From positions 6,717,824 to 6,781,823 of the forward strand of contig MU054391.1 in NCBI GenBank assembly GCA_013239625.1: a stretch of 64,000 bases of DNA. The letters are read 5' to 3'. The stretch's first letter is position 1, and every line of letters starts with the position of its first letter. This document shows, in pieces, positions 12,150-23,049 of this stretch. The translations under genes were made by a program, and so were the position numbers. The notes under the pieces were generated by a model. The model was not told the DNA's origin. It saw only the letters and a list, made by a program, of their open reading frames with translations, and did no database searches. The stretch comes from Lama guanicoe. Its lineage: Eukaryota.

Positions 12150-12380
12150 TTACAGCTGAGAATGCAGGACCTGGATTATGCTACCTGGGTCTGAACTCAC
12201 AGCTCTGCTTCTTACTAGCTATGTGACCTTGGCACACAATGTTCCTGTGCCTTAATTTCCTCATCTGCTAAATAGAGACATGAATAGCTAAACCACTGGG
12301 TGGTTATGAGGATAAATAAGTTAGTACAGTTAAAGCGCTCAGAGGAGTGCCTGGCATTTTATAATATGCCCTCAAAAATG
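12150..12380 (+). mobile_element. MIR SINE
   Basis: Core cttactagctatgtgaccttgg...tttcctcatctg, ending aaagcgctcagaggagtgcctggca. Confidence 0.8.
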
Positions 12381-13666
12381 CTTTTATATAATAATAGCTA
12401 ACGCTTACTTAATTATTCCTTTAAAACACTTCATTACAGAAAAAGGGAAGCAGAGTTAAGAGGAGAATCAAAACCAAGAATGTCACAGAAGCTAAAGGAA
12501 AAAATGTAATGATGCAGTTGTTAACAAAGAAAGACACTAAGGCAAAATTAAAAAATAAAAAAAAGAAAGATTAGGTGACTATTTATGGGTACTATGTTTT
12601 AGTGTGTATAGAAATACATACATTTGATGATGCCTAATAAACCCAAGCATTTGTTCTAAGAAAGACACTATGTGAACTAATTCAACTAAAGCTAGATAAA
12701 CTAGTGCTAAGACTAAAACTAAATAAACACAAATGAAGAGCTAGATATTAAATTACTGGTGATACACACCAGAAATTCTGTTTCTAGGTTTTCTTGGACA
12801 ATTCTTTAAAGCTCTACCCATTTGTCTACAGAAGTATGTTATAAATGAGTAGGATAATAAAGGTCACCCACAGTCCAATGCTCGAGCCTCCTCTAGAACC
12901 AAGCTCCTCCACGTCAGATTGCACACACACTGACACACTGAGGAGCACTGCCCCTCAACCACTCTGCCAAGCAGTCACCTGAGTCAGGTGTAAACCTGTG
13001 GACACAGGGTAATCACTGTTCCAGAGCAAGCCAATTCTTCCAGTTTTGTAAATCTGATTGCTTGATAATTTTTTCCTGCTGAGTTTAAAATGTGCCTCTC
13101 TGCTTAGTTCTTCCGAGGAAAAATCCTTTAAATCTTCATTGTTACTTATGATCGCCTGTCCTTTCAAATCATTTCCTCAGAAGACCAAAATATCTAGTTC
13201 CTTCACTTGCTACATGTGTAAACATCTTCAAATGTCCAAATGACCCACTACTTCCTCCATAATTCTCTTCTAAATAACCTCTAATTTGTGTATGCTACTC
13301 TTAAAATGTGACAACCAAAACAGAATGCAAACTGTAGGGTTATTCATATGAGGACAGACACAGATACAATTTTATGAGTTAATGAAGCAATGGAGGCACA
13401 GATGTTAAAAGCCATGGAAGTAATGTTACAGAGGCATAATAAAATACCAAATCATATTTCAAATGTGCCTATCTTTACATTTAAAACTTCAAAAAGCATA
13501 TTAGGTTAAAAAATTTCAAACCAATTCCCTATACATTTTACAGTCAGTTTTGATATTAGTTTTATCTTCATGCATAGTTGTGGAAAAAAATCCCTATTAC
13601 TTACTGTTGCTATGCAAAATGTATTAAAAAAATCAATGAAGAATGATTCGAAGGGCAGGCCCAGAA

Positions 13667-13709
<43 letters not shown>

Positions 13710-14941
13710 AAAGTAAATGTGCTTTCAAATAGACCATAATGCTGAATTGGGGGGGCAAGAAAATTATCTATAGGTGAGCTTGGCAGTTATGCATTAATTG
13801 TTCTACAATATTAACAATAGAAATTTAACTTTTAGATGTTTTGCATAAGGTACATGGAAGGACCTTTGGCGTCTCTGAATTCTTTGAGTTTCTTCAGTTG
13901 AATTACTCTCATATAATCGCTAATTCTATAGTATTTAATTTTATCATACCACACACAAAAACTCAAAACATTTTCACTGTTGAAACACTAATTCTACCTT
14001 TGTCATTTTAGATTATTTCCTTGAGATATTAGTTTCAAGAAAAGTTTCATATAAGATGTGGTTAGAATGCAAAGATTTCTGGTAATGCAGCCAATGCACA
14101 TTGTTACTCATATACTGAACATCCTGTGTTAGGGAACAAAAAGGACACCTGAAATTAGATCCTGGATCTAAGTGTACACTTTACTCTTTAGCTAACCAAA
14201 TCTTCATGCTCATTTCAATGAATACCAATATGTATTTATAAATACTGCATTAGCTAGTAAGCCATGAAATGGTTATTCTGAATAAAATATTATTATAATG
14301 TAGTTATTTGAAAATGGCTCCACCAAAATGTTTTTGTGCAATAATAATCACCTCTAAACTTACTCCATATTTCCAACGCCACTTCAATTACAAGAAATGC
14401 CCATGATACCCATTAATTAACATTTGAATTTTTAAAGCTTATCTACATTGCTCTTTAAATCCTAGACAAGGTATTATTTTAAACTTACAGATTTGAATTA
14501 AGACTTAAGATTTCAGTCCTGACCTCAAGTCATCTAACATAAAAGAGGTTTAAGAGGCTTGCAATATTGGAAAACAACGCGTGTACCTGACACGGAAAGG
14601 ACTGTGTGTGCATCCTATCTACTATAATCAATTAAGTCAATGTGCTTATAAAATCCTAAAATATTGTAATTATATATATATAAACACGACAAAATGAGCC
14701 CTTTATACATTTTTGGTTGATTTTTATATATGTGTGTGATTGAGTAAGTAAATTTCTATTACATACATCTGAATCAATGAACGAGACATGAACACTGAAA
14801 TCGTTTCAAATGTCTGGTATTCCACAGATCATGAAAATACCAAGCAAAGGACAACTGTAACTAGGAAAGTTTGTAATTTGAGCATAAGTAGCAAAATATT
14901 TTTAAAAACACTTTAATTTTTAACATGTTTGTATTTATTAC

Positions 14942-15155
14942 CTTGGTTTGTTCGGGGCAAGCTGTCGACTTGGCCGTCTAATAGACTGGTTTTGTTGTAT
15001 CTTCATTGAAGTTCTAGGAGAGGACCGTGCAAAAGGGTCTGGAGCTGGAGGCTTCTTAGGTATTTTTTTCACTAGCCGACTAACCCACTTTTGCTGCTCT
15101 TCTGTAGAATTTGCTAATAACAATAGGTTCTTTGCCGATGAAATATCGTAATACA
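14942..15155 (-). CDS. ROCK2: ROCK2 exon 32 (VYYDISSAK...RQLAPNKP)
   Basis: tatag acceptor, AG|gtaata donor, 214 nt. Confidence 0.96.
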
Positions 15156-15242
15156 CTATAAAGAAATATTTGAAAAAAATTAGTATGTTTAAAATGATCT
15201 GAACATAAATCATATTGATGGAGCAGGTAATTTACTATTTAC

Positions 15243-15504
15243 CTTTGCAAGGTGCTATAATTTCCTCCTTTTTATCCATGTGATCTTTATGACATTTAAT
15301 ATGGCAGCGACGGCACTCTAAAGCAGGAGGAGGTTTAAACATATGCCATAATGGCTTCATACATGCCTCACAGTTGGTTGGGAAATGATAGAGAGTGGGA
15401 ATAAATTCATGTCCTTTGTGGCAAATGTAATTTGACTTTTCTCCCACTGGCTCCACTGGAAATTCTTGTTCCTTCTTACTTTCTCCTTCATTGGCATACA
15501 AAAT
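15243..15504 (-). CDS. ROCK2: ROCK2 exon 31 (C1 cysteine-rich domain, ILYANEG...APCK)
   Basis: ttctag acceptor, G|gtaaat donor, 262 nt; HKGHEF...CEAC...CRRC...HKDH...C pattern. Confidence 0.97.
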
Positions 15505-15594
15505 CTAGAAACACCAAAAAGAACAATCAACGATTTTCAAACATAAGTTATTTTGTATGTAATAATTCTTATAGTGTAAGTGAAATTAGCCTAG

Positions 15595-15847
15595 TGGTGG
15601 GGGGGCGCAGGTAAGGACAGACTGGGAGTTCCAGATTTATAGATACTGACAGGTATATATAAAGAATAGATGAACAAGTTTATACTGTATAGCACATGGA
15701 AATATAGTCAAGATCTTGCAGTAGCTCATGGTGAAAAAGAATATGAAAACGAATATATGTATATTCATGTATGACCGAAAAACTATGCTGTACACCAAAA
15801 ACTGGCACAACATTGTAAACTGACTATAACTCAATTTAAAAAAAAAA
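15595..15847 (+). mobile_element. 5'-truncated L1 3'UTR (cetartiodactyl type) with poly(A)
   Basis: G-rich tract, tatactgtatagcac, gctgtacacc, ttgtaaactgactata, then A10; clearly homologous to 35590-35830. Confidence 0.85.
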
Positions 15848-16921
15848 TGAACTAAACCAAAATTAATCACACAGTGCCTAACATTTTAACACAGAAGTAA
15901 ATAATAGATATGGGGAGATTCTGGCAAATAATTAAACCAATAATGTACCTTAAAAAAAAAAAAGGAACTAGCCTAAGCTATTCAATGAGAAGAAAATGCA
16001 TCTGGCATTCAAAATGTTAGTAGGTCCTAATCAAGAGCACATATGAGAAAAGTCATTAGTCACTTTGGTTCACATTTCAAAAGAACTGATCCTGTTCAAA
16101 CAGAGCTTCCTTATTTTTCTCCATGCTATCTTCCTCTGTTTTAGCAATTTTATCACAATAGGCCAGCATAAGGTAAATCTGTACTTGATGAGGGTCAAAA
16201 CATTTTTCTGGGCAGGAGTGTTCAAAATAACCACCTGAAGAGATATGGCAATTTTATGAATGGGTATTTTATGATTCTCAAAACAGAACTGGGAGATAAC
16301 TGCAAATACAGCTTTAATTGAAAAGATTTGTATTTGGAGAATTGAGGAAGAAAGAAAAGAGGAAAGGATGTTTAATTCACTCCAAATAAACAGTATAAGC
16401 ATCCAGAAAATAAGCAGCCAACTTCCCCACAGTACACCAAACACAATGGCTTTTATGCAGAAGGAATCCAATAACTAATTGTTGGTTTGACTGATTTTAA
16501 AATGGAAGTAATAATGGGAAGAATTTGGCTTCATTTTAAAATTGGAAGTAAAAGGGATACTGGGTGCAATATTTAACTTTACAAAGCAACTTTTTTAACT
16601 TTCTAGAGAGTTAAGCATAAAACCAAAGTTCATGCTTAAAAAATGTTATAACCAATCTTGAGCAAAAGAATAGCAAAGGTTAGAAATATGATATAAACAC
16701 ACTACAGACTTTAATTTAACAAGTAAAATGTGGAGAAGAATTAAGATGCATTCAAACAGGAAAGTCGCAAAAGAACGAACCATTGTACATGGGACTAAAA
16801 CTGAAAGATAATCTTAAAAAGGCCCAAGAATAAAGAAATTTGTTATGTCATGTCATGCTGAGAATATATAGAAGTGAAAAAAACAACAAAGCAAACCAAT
16901 TGCAAGACAAACTGTGTTTAC

Positions 16922-17000
16922 CTGGAATATCCTTGGGATTTCTTTAGCATCTGCTCTATATACATCTGTCTGTGTAACTGGTCGTACATGAAATAATTTG
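16922..17000 (-). CDS. ROCK2: ROCK2 exon 30 (KLFHVRPVTQ...IPRIFQ)
   Basis: tatag / CAG|gtaaac, 79 nt. Confidence 0.95.
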
Positions 17001-17457
17001 CTATAAAAGATTTTTAAGAAAGGAATAAAATATTACAAAGGATCAAATTATATTAGTTACCCTATACTTACATCAGAAATTAAAATTGACTACTTTGGCC
17101 CTTGTTAGAAAGTCAGAGAATATCTTGCTCTATAAATTTAATCACTTCTTGAGATTTTGAGGAATTTCCAGTAAGTCAGAAATTTTCTAATTAGTTTCAG
17201 AAACCAACACAGTGAAGACCCATGAAATAAAAATGTTTTAGCTAACTCTATATCCCAGACTTTCATCTGTATTAAGCAAATGTAAGAAAATGTAATGATC
17301 GTATAGGAGATACTGTATGTACAGTATGGGAGCATACTACGTGAGTATATCCATATACCATATGACTAATAAATTACACTAATTTGACAAAAAGGTCACA
17401 GTGCTACCTTACACTTTAAAAGATGAAGTTCCTAAATATTCTAATAAAAATACTTAC

Positions 17458-17546
17458 TCTATATCTAAAACCATGTAAGGATTAGATTGTTCTTTATCTT
17501 GTTCACTGTCATAGAAAAGGATCTTCTTACTACTCACAATCACATA
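17458..17546 (-). CDS. ROCK2: ROCK2 exon 29 (YVIVSSKK...MVLDI)
   Basis: taacag / GA|gtaagt, 89 nt. Confidence 0.95.
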
Positions 17547-17737
17547 CTGTTAAAAAGAGGGAGGAAAAGAATTAAGCAATGATTAAAGTTAATATATATC
17601 TTATTTCCTTTGAAAATAAAGTCTATATTAGCAATAAAAATCATTTAAAATACTTAAATACCTAAAAAGTTATCTTAATGTATTTGTGAAAAACTCTTCC
17701 TCAAAATAACAGTAAATTTTGTTTGTACGTATTTTAC

Positions 17738-17815
17738 TTTTTTTGGAGGTGCTGGGGATTGAACCAGGACCTTGTGTATGCTAAGCATGCATTCTACCAC
17801 TGAGCTATACTCTCC
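17738..17815 (-). mobile_element. tRNA-Ala-derived SINE (camelid vic-1-like)
   Basis: Minus strand GGAGAGTATAGCTCAGTGGTAGAATGCATGCTTAGCATACACAAGGTCCTGGTTCAATCCCCAGCACCTCCAAAA: A-box, B-box-like motif, AGC anticodon region, short A tail. Confidence 0.8.
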
Positions 17816-17929
17816 ACTCCCATATATATTTTAAATAAGCAAACTGGGGAAGAAATAAAATTCAAGCATTTTTTGGACTGATTTAGCTTCAGGATCCAAT
17901 GGCATAGAGCCTTATTGCTATAGCTTGAA

Positions 17930-18125
17930 TAAGAGGTTCCAGAGAAATCCCCACTCTTTCCACCATGAGGACAGAGCAAGAAGTCTGCAACCTGGAAGGC
18001 CTTCACCGGAACCCCACCAAGCTGGCACCCTGATCTTGGACTTCCAGCCTCCAGAACTGTGAGAAATAAATTTCTGTTGTTCATAAGTTACTCAGTCTGT
18101 GGCATTTTGTTATGGCAACCTAAAG
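17930..18125 (+). mobile_element. MLT1-type ERVL-MaLR LTR 3' fragment
   Basis: gctggcaccctgatcttggacttccagcctccagaactgtgagaaataaatttctgttg...ttttgttatggcaacc. Confidence 0.85.
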
Positions 18126-18487
18126 ACCCTTATTCAAAAAGTAAACATCATAATACCACTAATCATAGTAACAGGAAAAGAAGTAAGTGGGTCTTTCCAT
18201 TAGAGCCAAAGCTGTTTTCCCACTGAAACAGCAAAGGCACCAAGATCAACAGGCTTCTATTTTCCTAACAACAAAACCTGCTTTATTATTAATAACATGT
18301 TAATGATGAAAGTTTGTTTTTTTTTACAAAGATACATAAAATTATGTCATGCCAAATTAGAAAGTACAAACAAGTTTTATGTGCTTAAAAGTTCTAGTTT
18401 TATATATATATATATATCTTATAATTACAAAAGTGATATGGCTGTAGTTAAGCCAAAAGCAAAACCATCTTCAGAAGTACCAATTAC

Positions 18488-18558
18488 CTTTTTAACCCAT
18501 CCGAATTTCTTAGTGTTGTTTCGCACAGGCAATGAAAGCCATCCTTCTAGTCTTGATT
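18488..18558 (-). CDS. ROCK2: ROCK2 exon 28 (ESRLEGWLSLP...GWVKK; start of PH domain)
   Basis: tcacag / AAG|gtaatt, 71 nt. Confidence 0.95.
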
Positions 18559-20243
18559 CTGTGAATAAGCACAAGATATGAGGATAAATATAGTAAGGTT
18601 CCTTAAAAAAGAGGAATTTAATAAAAATTTAATATTAAAGTCACAAAACAAATACGCCCTTCAGAATTTATCATTGTACACATTATCTAAAATATAGTAA
18701 TAATGCAGAATCAAGCAAGTTATGCAATGCAAACAAAATCCAAGTTATATCACATTGGAAATACATATTCTGTAGTTTACAAAGTCAAATGCCCCATTGA
18801 TTAAATTCATGCATTTGCAAAATTCCGCAGAAAAGTTGCAAAGAAGAGAAGCAGCTCTCTATTCTCATTTGCACACCTGTGTTAGAATCCTTTATTTTTC
18901 CCTTTGGAAGAAGGTCTAACTACAGATACAGTGCACATCTTCTTTGAAGAGGAAACATTGTAAGTGAATACTTATGTGTTCAGAGAAAATATACTTTTAG
19001 AATGGCTATAATAAAACAAAATAAAATTGTATAAATTGCAGATCAAATCTGGCTAATAGGCAGCAATATAACCAAAAGATTCCTAAATTCCAAAATATTA
19101 GAAGCCATAAAATTCTAGTTCAACAGAGGAAACTCAATCCTTAGAATTTGTTCTAATGGTATTTGATCAGTATATTTTTATGAAATAATTAAGTGAAATA
19201 GCATTTTAGAAGTTATTCTAATAATAAAAGTAGTTATCACTTATTTAACATACGCTATGTGTCTGAACAGAGCTAGATGCTTTACATGAGCTTTCTTTAA
19301 TCTTCACAACAACCCCACAGAAAGCTCACACAGGGACAGGTCTCTGACTCCAGGGCCTATACTCTCACATCAGTAACCTTTCAGACTCTATGAACAGAAA
19401 TGCTGTCATTAAAAACAGACTCATACTCAAACTGTCTGGACATGGTCCTACACCAGTTTAAGGGACTAATCAGATGACCTCTAACAATATGGGTACGAGT
19501 GAAGTAATTTTATTGCTAAGCTCTAAAACAACTTAAATACAATCACTTATGATTTATACCTGGGATTTATACTGATCTATAACAGGGAAATGTGACAACA
19601 ATGTAAATAAATAGTTACTTTGAATTCAACCAATAGACTAAATTTTACTTTACATTCAACTGCTTATACACCAATTTCCTGTAGCATATACCTTAAACTT
19701 TTTTTTGTACTCATAGTAACTTTGTGTTAAACCTAATAATTTTATAGGTCTTCCATCTGGTTTTTTTCGTTTAAACTATAAGTCCTTTCAGGACAAGGAT
19801 CAAGTACTTTTTTTTTAAGCTTAGCACAATGTTGACTAGGTAAGCACTCAGTGAGAACCTAAACACATCCTCTAAAACAGTCTACGTGCTTTTTCTGTCA
19901 CTCTTTACATGAAACTTTAGAAAGAATTTCTTCTTGGTTAAAAATGGGCGAGACAAGCAGTGAAATCATACATTCTTAAATGATATAAAGTACTGTTCCA
20001 TTTTTCTTGTAAGTTGACAAAATAAATCAATTGCAATAGCAGTGCCATGTGAAACAAAATACCTTAAAAATCAAATTCTTTGTTCATGCAGCAGTTTCTT
20101 TTTAACTGGGACTTGTTATCTGAGCAACTTGTTAGAGTTAGTGAATATTAGTTAATATTACAAAAATTTTTCCAAAGGACTGAAATTAAGGGTAGTGGGA
20201 AAAAACCCCAGAGGTGGAAATATTTTCAGACTATCACCTGTAC

Positions 20244-20414
20244 CATTAGATTCCGATGAAATAGGTAAATAATGCACAGATTCTTCTTCTGAGTCAGAAT
20301 CAGAGTCAAGAAGCATATGAGAACTGGAAGGCTTAGTGGCAATATTGAGAGAAGTAGAGGAACGTTGGTAGGTGAATGACATGGATTCCATAGTGTGTGA
20401 CTGAGTGATATGAA
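20244..20414 (-). CDS. ROCK2: ROCK2 alternative exon 27' (ROCK2m-type insert, 171 nt / 57 aa: VHITQSHTMESMSFTYQRSSTSLNIATKPSSSHMLLDSDSDSEEESVHYLPISSESN)
   Basis: gttcag acceptor, G|gtacag donor, phase 1-1, no stops. Length and position match the described muscle-enriched ROCK2m exon. Confidence 0.88.
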
Positions 20415-20766
20415 CTGAACACCCAACATAAAAGGAAGTAAGAATGCAGAAAGAAGTTAAGAAAAAATAAAATGAAAGCTTAAAAAGAGAGATGCCTATA
20501 ATATACAGAGCTAATTTAAATAACTAAGTATGTAGAAGTTATTTTTGCATTTTTATCAAAACTTTCGTGAAAAATCAATAAATAAAGTAAGTTTAAACTT
20601 GTCATTTGAATCTCTACTCTAAGGAGTAGGTTTCTCTGAAAGAAATGACAAACATTTTTCCTCAAGAGCAAAGTCAGTCACAGGGCTTAAAACAATCAAC
20701 TGATTTATATTTTAGACAAAAGACCTTTAATAAACGTCAACATAAGGGCTGAAAATAAATCTGTAC

Positions 20767-20935
20767 CTGGGAACCCATCATCTGCTTCAGCATCCCCTGG
20801 TCCACTGCCTATACTGGAACTATCCAGACCAATATGCAAGGCTTGGAGCTGGGACCGCAGCTGCTCAATGTCACTGTCTTTACTGTCCAGTGTCATCTGC
20901 AGTTCAATTCGAATCTGGCTCTCTTCAGCTATTTG
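20767..20935 (-). CDS. ROCK2: ROCK2 exon 27 (QIAEESQ...IGLD...DDGFP)
   Basis: tgtag / G|gtacag, 169 nt; contains the IGLD granzyme-B site. Confidence 0.96.
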
Positions 20936-21003
20936 CTACAAGAAATTGAATTATGTTAAATTAACTGGATGCCATACATCTCAATTTTCTTAGTTCAGTA
21001 ATA

Positions 21004-21340
21004 CGGTAGTCCCTCCCTTATCCAAGATTTCACTTTCCACGGTTTCAGTTATCCGAGGTCAACCGTAGTCTGAAAATATTAAATGGGAAATTCTAGAAAT
21101 AAATAATTCATAACTTTTAAATTGCACGTCATTCTGAGTAGTGTGATGAAAGCTCACGTTGCCCAGCTCTGACCCGTCTAGGATGTTAATCATCCCTTTG
21201 TCCAGCTTTTCCACACTGTATATGCTACCCACCCCTCGGCACAGGAAAAACAGTAAGTATAGGGTTCAGTACTATCCGTGGTTTCAGGCATCCACTCGGG
21301 GTTCTGGAACATATCTCCCTTGGATAAGGAAAGGTTACTA
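21004..21340. mobile_element. MER44A-like TcMar-Tigger non-autonomous element, near full length
   Basis: Imperfect terminal inverted repeats cggtagtccctcccttatcc / ggataaggaaaggttacta flanked by TA dinucleotides; 337 bp. Confidence 0.85.
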
Positions 21341-21448
21341 TAATTGTTAATAGAAACGTTCATAATCAATAAAATACATAGAGACATGAAAATGATTCTA
21401 CTTCTTTAAAAAGAAGTCTTTAACCTAGAGTCCAAAAAGTATTCTTAC

Positions 21449-21628
21449 AGCCTGCATTTCATTCAGTTCTTTCTGATACTTGATCATCTGCTGCGTCAGT
21501 TTCTCACGTTCAGATTTAAGCTCCATATGTAGCTTTCTATTCTCCTTCTCTTTTCTCCGCACATCTGTGTCACTACCACGTTTGACAGGTTCTTTCCGAT
21601 TCATGATCTCGGCCAACTTATTCACAGC
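21449..21628 (-). CDS. ROCK2: ROCK2 exon 26 (AVNKLAEIMNRK...NEMQA)
   Basis: tttaag / GCT|gtaaga, 180 nt. Confidence 0.96.
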
Positions 21629-22425
21629 CTTAAAGACATAAAAATAAGTACGTAAATAAATAAAATTAATAAAAATATAATTAATAATTAATGGTTTCTT
21701 GATAACTCACCAACAGCAAGTTATAAAACCTCCTTCCCTACGCACAGGGCCACAAAGAAACATTTTCTATGTTAAAAAATACACCTTCTTCACTACTCAT
21801 TATTCTTTTCCAACCAACACTCTTAGCTTTTTGTTCTCAGTTTTTCTGAGAACTGTAATTTAAAACATTTACAGGTTCACTCTAATGTCACTTGCTACCA
21901 CTATGCATGTGTAGTTACAAGAGACTTTTACTAGGTAGATCTTTTATCCTAGAAGAAGAGAGCTTTACACTGGCATCACCTTAATAAAATGCAACATGTC
22001 CAACCACAAAGCAGAGCATCTTGGACCCACAAGTATTCACTCTGTGTATAAAGTCATGAGGGCTGAAAGAGAGATGGTCAGTAATCACAGGTGCCTTTTC
22101 AGAGTGATCGTTTTTCAGGCCCTCAGCAAATGGTCATTCTCTAGTCTCTTAAAAGCAGAAAAACTTACCACATTATAATAAAAAATGAGGAAAGAATGTG
22201 ATTCCATATGGAAAAATTAACAACTTCAATAAACACTGAACTCAACAGTGTTAATCAAATTTAGCTTCTCCCCACCCAGTAAAGCTCAGATAATTCTATC
22301 TGATTAATACTGACAAATACTGATGCAATCCGTGACTGCTACAGCCAACCTGTAACACTACAAATGTAAAAGAGGTAAACTGAAAAAAAGTACAAAATCA
22401 TATTCAGAGCTTATAATATACACAC

Positions 22426-22520
22426 TTGAGTTTTGAGTGTTCTCTCTGTTAACAGCTGCTTCTCAAATTGTGCTTTAATAGCTGCTGCACTTATTTCTTC
22501 ATCCTTCAACCTTGACAGTT
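22426..22520 (-). CDS. ROCK2: ROCK2 exon 25 (LSRLKDEE...RTLKTQ)
   Basis: ttcag / CAA|gtgtgt, 95 nt. Confidence 0.94.
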
Positions 22521-22616
22521 CTGAAACACAGAAAAATATAAAAATTATACTGACAGTTCAGCAACTGACAAGCACTAGTACATTGAAAATAAACTTCATT
22601 CTTTGTTAATACATAC

Positions 22617-22710
22617 GCTCTTGGGCATCTTTCAATTTGTTATTTAACTCTTCTTTCTCATTTGCAAGATTGGCAACATCACTAGTTAGTGTCCTATTAG
22701 TTTCTTCAAG
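22617..22710 (-). CDS. ROCK2: ROCK2 exon 24 (LEETNRTL...KDAQE)
   Basis: cctag / C|gtatgt, 94 nt. Confidence 0.94.
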
Positions 22711-23049
22711 CTAGGAAATGAAAGTGGAAAAATAATCATATCCTAATTTACAGATTTTTAGGTTATAAAGCAATTATTCAAAATGTAAATATCCTAGAAC
22801 GTTAAGAATCCTGTTTTCCTAACTACATCTACCTTTATACTTCTCGCCTTTGTGCTACCTTCCCAAACTTCACCCTTGATGAAAATTTTGCTAACCTAAC
22901 AGGCTTACTTCGTATGCACCCCAGAAAGCCAAAAACACTGCCCTTCTCTCACAAATCCTTAGCAGTATTTTAAATGAGAACAACATTTAATAAACTAAGA
23001 AAGGCAAATACTATAACAAAGCTCTGCATTCCATCATGCAGAATAAACA

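Noticed and set aside
17745..17815. Functional tRNA-Ala gene
   Set aside because: Mismatched stems, a shortened T-arm region and an A tail indicate a SINE copy.
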